Shown one piece after another: positions 7,846 through 16,800 of a DNA stretch of 24,132 nt. Under the pieces are notes generated by a model. It had not been told where the DNA came from, ran no database searches, and saw only the letters and a list, made by a program, of their open reading frames with translations. The translations under genes were made by a program, and so were the position numbers. Source of the DNA: a virus (taxonomy: Duplodnaviria > Caudoviricetes); the IMG/VR virus record IMGVR_UViG_3300049925_000122, positions 1-24,132 of that record. One strand, given 5' to 3'. The stretch's first letter is position 1; each line of letters begins with the position of its first letter.

Positions 7846-10800
7846 ATGAACCGCTGCCTGGTCCCTGATTCTGTCCTGTTCGAGCTGTGGTCCTCCATCC
7901 CTGCGGAGGCCGGCCCGGCGATGACACCGTTCGCCGTCACGGACATCATCAAGGCCCGTGGAGCGGGCACGGGCACCAAGGGCAGCTCTACGGGCAGCAT
8001 GAGCGGTGGTGGCGGCGCAGGCGGCGGCGCGCCCAAGGCGCCGTCGACCCCCGAGACCAGCAGCCCCGGCAGCGGTGGTGGCGTCAAGGCGCCGTCGACC
8101 CCGGAGTCCAAGGTCAGCTCAGGCGGTGGCGGTGGCGGACAGAGCGCCCTGACCGGCATCGAGATGCCCGGACACCGCTGGTTGTCCCGTGAGATGATCG
8201 GCAGCAAGAACTCCGGCGCGCCGAAGTACCGGTACAAGTACTCAATGTCGCAAGGCCTTGGTCGCGGCGTCAAGGCAGGCACCGAGATCAATGTCGGCTA
8301 CGGCAAGGAGCAGGCTGGGCAGCAGGAAGGCGGAAACGTCGTTCGCGTCAAAGGCGTGTCCGACAAGGGCGTCACGTTCGAGCACGGAGGCGCGGAGCAG
8401 ACCGTCTCGCACGAGGACTGGCACAACAAGATGGTCGAGCACTTCGGTGACGACTACACATCGGGCGTGGATCGCAACGTGCGCCGCTGGGGCAACGCCG
8501 TCTACAAGCATGTGCCCCGCGAGGCCTTCGACGAGATCGAGTCCAAGTTCGGCAAGAATGCCACCTCGGCCCAGATCGTCCAGCACATCAAGGACACGGT
8601 CGACTCGGTCCACAAGACCAAGGTCGGCGACAAGCTGCAGAAGACCTTCGACAAGATCGGCATCCACGACGAGCACGCGGTCAAGCACATGATCGGTCAC
8701 GTGCTCTCCCGCCGCGGCTGGGACAACGAGGCCCGTGCCACCCTGCTCGGCGCGGCGACCGGCGGTATGCAGTCGGCTCGTGTGGCGCGCCACTACAAGT
8801 CCATGGTCTTGCGTGCGGAGAAGGCGGCTGGCAGCAAGAAGGTCTCTACCTCGCACATCACGGACGCGATCAACCACGCCAGCTACCGCGGGTTCAAGGA
8901 CTATCACGAGCACAAGGACGCCCAGCTCCTCAAGCGCATGCACGAGCACAACGACGCGGCGCTCAAGATGGGCCACCCCGTCTACGAGGCTACGCCCGAG
9001 GGCATCAAGGAGTTCGCCAAGCACGAGGCCGTCAAGCGGTCCGAGCGCAGCCAGAAGGCCCAAGCGACCCGTATGGCCGAGGGTGAGCTGGCCACGGAGA
9101 AGCAGAACTTCCTGTCGCTCAAGAAGCTGTCCGAAACCAACCCGGACGAGTTCGAGCGCGTGCTCAAGGAGCGCGACCAGGAGTTCCGCATCGGCGGCAA
9201 GAAGGCCGAGGGCAAGGGCGGCACGGCGGGATTCAAGGAGAAGTTCCTTGCGGCCCCGTCGGTACCTGAGAAGTCCGCCACCAAGAAGGTCCGGGCGGAG
9301 AGCGGCAAGGCCAAGGGGGAGCATCCCCTGGAGACGACGCTGCGTCTGGACCCGGAGTACGCCAACGCCGACGAGGCGACCAAGCAGGCGTTCCGGGACA
9401 AGTACGCGCAGTTCTCCGACGTATCCGACGCCATGAACAAGGAGCGGATGGCCAAGAAGGGCAAGGTCGCCGAAGGCCAGCCGCCCCTCAAGGAAGGCGA
9501 CCCGCGCAAGAGCTATCCCAAGAACGACAAGGAGCTTGAGGACCAGATCTCCAGGATCAATCCCAAGTACGCCCAGGCCCTGGCGCAGGACTTCCAGAGC
9601 CACGCCGGCAACGGCATGAACCAGTCGTCGCTGCTCGACACCGAAAGCCTGCGTACCGGCCATCCCAAGATGGCGCTGCTGCACGCTGTGATGCGGCAGA
9701 TCAAGGGCGGCAAGGTGCCGCAGACCCAGCCGCAGCCTGGTCCGCAGCCTGGTCCTCAGACCCAGCCGCAGACGCAACCTGGTCCGCAACCTGGTCCGCA
9801 GACTCAACCCGGTCCGCAGCCTGGTCCGCAGACCCAGCCGCAGCCTGGTCCGCAGACCCAGCCGCAGCCTGGTCCGCAGACCCAGCCGCAGACCCAGCCG
9901 CAGACCCAGCCGCAGACCCAGCCGCAGCCTCTACCTCTGCCGCCTACGACACCGCCTCCGTCGCGCAAGCTGGCGGATGTACAACGTGACGTGCTGGCAT
10001 CACATGACCAGCTCAACAAGATGGGCGGAGAGGCGCCCGCTGCGCGCCGGCAGCATGTGCTCAATATGTATATGGATGTTCTTGCGCATCCTGAGTTGCA
10101 GCCTGAGAGCAAGCAGGCATGGCAGAAGGCCGCCACAAACTTTTTCTCCAAGCACGGAAAAGATCTCAAGGTCTCCCCCGGCACACCCACCCCAGACTGG
10201 GCCAAGGAGGCCACGCCTCCCACTCGCGAGGAGATGTTTCCTGGACTGCCTAAGAGCAAGCCTGCAGAGGGCGAAGGGGCTACGCCGACCACAGAGCGTT
10301 TTGAGGAAGCTGCGCCCCCTACTCGCGAGGAGATGTTCCCGGGCCTGCCCAAGAGCTCACAATCTGAAGCACCGAAACCATCTTCGACACAGACTCCACC
10401 TGAGCACCTGAAGTCGTATAAGTCCTTGGAAGAGGCCAAGAAGGCGGTACCGGAACTCGAACCTGTTGGAAGCAGCGAGGATATGTGGGCGACTCCTGTC
10501 CCAGGGAGCAATGAGACCTTATGGGACATACACCATCGCACGAGTCGACTCGGTACCTATTTAGCGCAGCAGATGTTTACGGACGCTCAGACAGGACAAC
10601 CGCCTAGCGGTGGATGGGTAACAGGTGTAGCACAACCTGCGCGCTTGAGTGGTACTCGTAAGGATATTAAACAGTTTTTGAATCTTGACCATATGCAGCT
10701 TGCAGATGTGGGGCTTATCCCTGGCAAGCTACACATGGACATGAAGGGGGACAAGAACGCTCCCGTACCTCCTCCAGCTGTGGCGTTGCCTGCAAGTGCG

Positions 10801-13800
10801 ATCCCCACTAAGACAGGAAAAGGGGGGGAGTTCGACCACGCCAAACATCACAAACTGAACGCGCCGACGGAGGCACAAACGCCACAAGAAGGCGCCGCGT
10901 CGATGTCCCGCGAGGACGCCTATACTCCGGGCGCCGATGTTCCGCCGGAGACACCGGAGGAGTCCCAGCCCGCGGAAGCGGACGAGCCTCTGGACGAGGA
11001 CGCCGTTCTTCCTCCTCATATTGAGGAAGCGGAGAGCGCGGCAAGTGCGGCTATTCAATCCGGTGACGTCAAGGCCGCTGTTGCCCATGCTACCGACCTG
11101 TACGTCGAGGCAGCAGACAGCAAGGACCCCAACGTCATTGCCTCGGCCATGAGCGCCATCAACGACGTCATCCGGCAGATGCCCGAAGGCAAGGACCGTC
11201 AGGATCTCCAGGAGTCCGTCGACCACCTGGAGGAACTGTATTCTTCGCATCAGCAGAAGGAGCCGACGGACCATATCGCCGAGGCCCACGACGCGCTGCA
11301 GCAGGCTGCCGAGACCGGCGACCCCGCGCAGATTGAAGCGGCCAACGAGGCGTTCAAGACTGTTCTGCACGAGCAGGTTTCCGAGCATCCCGAGTTGGCC
11401 CAAACCCCTGAGGTCCAGGCTGCTCACCAGTTGATTGACGTCGCGGACAAGCACGTCAAGAGCGTCAAGGGTCCGGAGCCTGAGGCGGCGCCGGCACCTG
11501 CGCCTGAGCCTGCAGCCGCGTCAGAGCCGGCTCCCGAACCTACGGCTCCCGAACCTACGGCTCCCGAACCTACGGCACCTGCCCAGGAGCCCGCGACAGA
11601 GCCGGAGGCTGCCGCACCTGTCACCGGTCTTGGTGCTGCGCCTGAGAGCGTGGCCAAGCAGAAGGGTTTGGCCCCCAAGCTGTGGGAAGCCGCGGCCAAG
11701 AAGCTGGACGAGGGCAAGAACTTCGGGCAGGTCGTCAAGGACATCAAGGACGCTGTCGCCCGCGGTTCCGTGCCCAAGAAGGTCGGCGACGACATGGTGA
11801 GCGCCGTCAAGGCCCGCATGGACGCCATCGCTGCCGCGGCGCCCAAGCCGGAGAAGCCTGCCAAGCCCGCCACCTCGATTGAGGGTCTGGGCGCATACCC
11901 CCCTGTAGTGGCCGAACGGCCACTATATCGAGCACTGTGGGATCGGGCTACTGCCGATGTGCGAGCAGGGAAGTCACATGCTGTAGCGAGCAAGGAAATC
12001 AAGGCAGCTATTGCGAATAAGACGATCCCGGCGGATACCGGCAACGAGATATTGGCGGCGCTTCAAGGCGGCATTAGTACGCAAACCGTAGATGCCCGTT
12101 CACCAGGTAAAGTACTTGATACCGAAAAGCAGCCTTCTGACACATCAAAGATACCTGTGCAGAAGGAGGCCGAGCCTAGAGTAGGCGCTGAGGCCATGCC
12201 TGCTGGAAGAGGTGGGTTGACCGACCCGGTTCAGGCGCGCAAGGACGCCTTGAATCAGTTGTCGAAGTTTAACACCGCAGACGAAATGCATGCAGCGCTG
12301 CCAGATAGTCATAAAGTTGAACAAGGTCGAACGAGCGCCGTAGATGTGCCGTATTCCGGGGGCTTTCAAGAGGGGGCACTTTCGACGGAAAGCTACGGGG
12401 AAGACCCGTATGTCTATCAAAATCGCTACATGGATCCTCAGCAGTTTAAGGGTGTGCTGAAGCTGGAGGGTATGACCTACGAGCAAGTAGTTAGAATGCC
12501 CACTACCCAGAAGTATATCGAGTGGTACAAGCAAGGACATGAACCCCCTCCGATTGACGTAGTCATTCGAGATGATGGGACACCCTATGCAACTAATCGT
12601 CGGCGAGTGGTTGCGGCGTTGGAGGCAGGCGTTGCACGTATTCCGGCTCGCGTTGAGATTGGGCGAAAAGCAGAATTATTCCAAGAGGCTAAAAATCAAT
12701 CGGCTGCCCCTACGTCTTCTAATATCAAAGCACCTGCGCAGGCTGTAACGCCCTCAAAAGGTGCTGAGCCGGAACCCGCCGCACCAGAACCCGCTGCGCC
12801 TTCCAGCACGTTGAGCCAGGAGCATCAGCGCATCATTGGGCATCTCAAGGTGCCGGAGAAAGAGCACAACCAGGTCCGCTCCGCAAAGGAGTTGTCGGAC
12901 GCCCTGGAATCCAAACTCGAGGCCAAGGACGAATCAGGAAATCCGGTATTCGACGAGGACCACCCAGTACGACTTGTTCTGGAAAGTCTTTCGTGGCCGG
13001 AGGACGGCGACTCCTGGTATCAGGGCAACCAGAAGGACTTAGAAGACCTAGTCCAGGACGCACATGATTATGATGATATCGAGGACTACCTGGCCAACCA
13101 GGGCGATGGCTTGAGCAAGGACAACAAGCCCGAGGACAAGGAAGATGTGCCAGAGTGGACGGCGGAACGCAAGAACGCCATCAAGGCCCGCGAGGCGCAA
13201 TGGAAGTCCGCCGAGGATGACGTAGCTGCCTTCCTCAAGGAGCTCGTGCCATCCGAGACGCAGCGCGAGGCTATATTGGGTCGCGGTTGGGATGTTGGGG
13301 ATCCCGAACCTGAGGATACAGACGATGACATGGACGAGGCGGCACCTCCGGCCGTTGTCCAGGAAGCCGCGCCCGAACCGACCGCACCACAGGAAACTGC
13401 GCAACAAGAAGCTGCGCCACAGGAGCCAGCTGCCCCACAGGAGCCGGCTGCGCCACAGGAGCCAGCTGCGCCACAGGAGCCAGCTGCCCCGCAGGAGCAG
13501 AAGCGCGGACGCGGTCGTCCCGCGGGCGCCAAGAACAAGAAGACCCTGCAGCGCGAGGCGGAGGAAGCCGCCAAGCCGCAGGAGCCTGAGACTGCTGCGC
13601 CTGATGAGCCTACACCAGAAGCACCTGCCGTACCTGCTGAGCCTACGCCAGAAGCACCTGCCGTACCTGGGACAGAGGAGGCTGCTCCGCCGTCGGAGGC
13701 GAGCAGCAGCGTGACCCGCGTTGCCGGCGGTCGCAAGCCTGTGGCTGAATCACAGATGGCCACCCTGGTTAGCGACCTCGCAAAGAAGTCCCCGGCGGAG

Positions 13801-16800
13801 GTGCGTGACAGCCTGCGCGGTTTCCGTGCGGAAATGGAGAAGAAGTACGGCAGCTCGGATGTGACCTCCGAGAACTACACGCCGGCAGAACGGGAACGGG
13901 CTGCTGTCCATCACGACGCGATTGCGCAAAATCCGGATGCCCCTGAGAAGGACCGGGACCGGGCCCGCAAGAGCGCGGAAAGTCTGCGCGCCATGAAGGG
14001 GCAGGCCCCTATGTCGACTACAGAGCAGGGGGCGGACGACAAGCCGCCGCACCATGTGACGTGGGAGAAGGCCAAGGACGCGATGGATAAAGCCCGCAAG
14101 TCCGGGGACATCGCAAGCATCCGTCGCACGACGCAGCTCTACAACGAGGTCGAGGACCAGTTCCGGGCCAACAAGGAGGCGTTGCCGAACGGGGAGCAGC
14201 CTCGTTCGGAGGACGCAGCCCGTGCGGACAACGCGCTGATTAACCTGGCGGATCCGCAAATCCCAGAGAGCCGTAAGGCACAGATCCGCGAGAGTCTGAG
14301 CAGCCGCGGATTCACCACGACACCGACATGGTTGGTCCCGGACAGCAGCTCTTTGAATGTTGCCGGAGACGATGAGGAGCCCCCGGCCCCCAAGCAGGTC
14401 GAGGCGCCAGCTCCGGATGTACAGCAGGTAGAAGAGGAGGCCTCTGCGCAGGAGGCAGCGAAGCAGGCGCAGGCTGCCAAGGAAGCCAAGGACCAGGCGC
14501 GTGCAGCCCTGCGCCAGAAGACAGCCGCGGTCGAGCAAGGCTTGAGCCTCATCGGTGACACGGTCGAGAAGATCAAGTCGGGGCAGGCTCAGTCCCTGGA
14601 GAGGACCACGGACAAGGAAATGCTGCAGCGGCTTGTCGATACCCTGACGTCCTCGGTGGAAGGGTACGACGAGAAGCGCCGCGGCGTGGCGGACAAGGTC
14701 AAGCTGACAGGCTGGCTCAAGGCGGCCAAGGACCGCCTGGGCGAACTGAACGCGGCCCCCAAGGAGGAGCCGAAGACGGAGAAGCCTGCACCCGCGGCGC
14801 CCGCTGCCGAGAAGCCCAAGAAGAACAAGAAGGCGAGCACGCAGGCGTCGACCGAGGAGGCCGCGCCGCCGGCTGCTACATCGAGCGAGCCTCAAGCGGC
14901 AACGGAAGAATCCGCCCCTGCTGCCGAGACAGCTGCGCCCGCTGCTTCCGATAAACCAGGAGCAGCAGAGGATCAGAAGCCGGAGAGCCCTTCAGACCCG
15001 TATGAGCGGGACGAGAAGGGGCGTCCGATGCTGGACCCCACAAAGGCTCAGTTGTTTGAGCGCGGTTGGAAGTCCAATCGCAAGTCCAACAATGACATTC
15101 GGTTGATCACCGAGAAAGGTCACCGCTTTCATGTACGGGACAGTTTGAGGGGCACCTCCCACTCTGTTGAACTGGCACCCCCTAAGGATGAGGACCAGTA
15201 CTCAGACAGTCCTCGTAGGTATCTGGAGCCGGATCCTAAAAATCCTATGGGTCCGCCGATCGTGGTGGAGCGTCCGCGTAGCGAGCAGTACAGTCACCCG
15301 GAATGGAAATCCTGGCAGCATGCGGTAGCAGCGATGCACGCGTATGATGCGGCCAATGAGCCGGACCCGAACGCAGGCTTTCGAGGGGACGCCAAGAAGC
15401 GCGCTGCGGAAGTCTCGAAGCGCTTTAAGGCTTTAGACTCCGAGATGATGAATCGGTTCCTTTCCGGCGCTGTCAATGAGGCGGGACATCGGGAGATGTG
15501 GCAGACCACTTCGGATATCCCGTTGTTGAACAAGTTGATTTCCACTGCGTCAGCTATCCCGGAAAAACTTCGGACGCATAGTCAAGACCAGACGCTTCGG
15601 TACGCGACCAAGCGATTGGAAGAGCTGGTAGGTCCGAAGGCCGAGAACACACCTGCCGCTTCGACATCGACCGAGGAGGCCACGCCGCCGGCCGCCGCAG
15701 AGGCGCCCCAGGCCAAGCAGGAGGAGAAGCCCAAGGCCTCCAAGTTCGACGCGGTCGACAAGCTCGTCGACGAGATCCAGTCGCGTGCGACCGGCAAGGA
15801 TGCGGAGCGCATCTCCACGACCACGGACAAGGACTACCTGCACCGCATCATCTCCACGCTCGGCGACATGGACGACGAGGCGTACGCGGAGATTGAGGAT
15901 CCGCAGGAGCGCGAAGGGCACAAGGACGACCACAAGCACATCATCTCCGTCGCCCTCAAGCGCCTGGGCGAGCTGGAAGGCGCCAAGACTTCGGACGTCT
16001 CTGAGAAGACCTATTCGGATTCAAAGCACGGCTATTCCAAGGAGTTGACTCAGGAGCTGACCAAGGCGCATCAGGATGAAGAATCTCGTCCTGTGGCGCA
16101 GGCAGTTCACCACGCCATTCAGAACCCGTTGACTTCAGACTCAGATGGCGTCAAGGCCGCACAGCAGGTTCTTGCAGCACAACCGCAAGTGCTTGATGCG
16201 TTCAACACTGCCGTGTCGGGAAAACACGATCAGGTCCCAGAGCAGTACCGGAAAGATGAGTACCTGGAGGGTTTCAAACCAAAGGCCGAACCACTGGTTC
16301 GCGCTCGCACGCTCACCAAGTGGTTCGAGGCCGCAAAGGGGAAGGCGGCCAAGGCCGCGATTAGTATCGGTAAGACGCTGGTTACAGGTGCCGTTGCGCT
16401 GGCCGCCATGGTAGGCGGGGCGCCGTCGTTGTCCGCCCCTTCTGCGGAAGCGGCCATGACGCACGAGATGCCGACAACGGCAGGCGGTGTGCGAGCCAGC
16501 GCGGACTTTGGTCGCCCTAATCCAGCCATGTTGTCGGCAGCCCGCGAGATGAAAGAGGAAGGCGGCCCAGCAGCTGCAGTCCGTACGGATGCGAAGGAAG
16601 ACAAATCAGGCAGTTATCTGGACCAGGTGTGGAAGCAGTCCTACGGTCCGATGCCTGCAACGGCGGTCCTTGCGGCGGACGCACTGGCATCCAAAGCACG
16701 TGGACATACCAGCTTTCTGCTGCCCCCACCTCCAGAGAACTTTGAATCCACAGGCAACCCAGGCGCAGACAACGCAATGCGTTTGGTGCAGAAGTATGAC

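Noticed and set aside
9721-9930. Repeat array considered as CRISPR
   Set aside because: Short in-frame units with no unique spacers and no cas genes; it encodes a P/Q linker.
10822-10828. G7 tract as a phase-variation or frameshift site
   Set aside because: Short, in frame (encodes Gly-Gly), and no useful alternative-frame product is evident.
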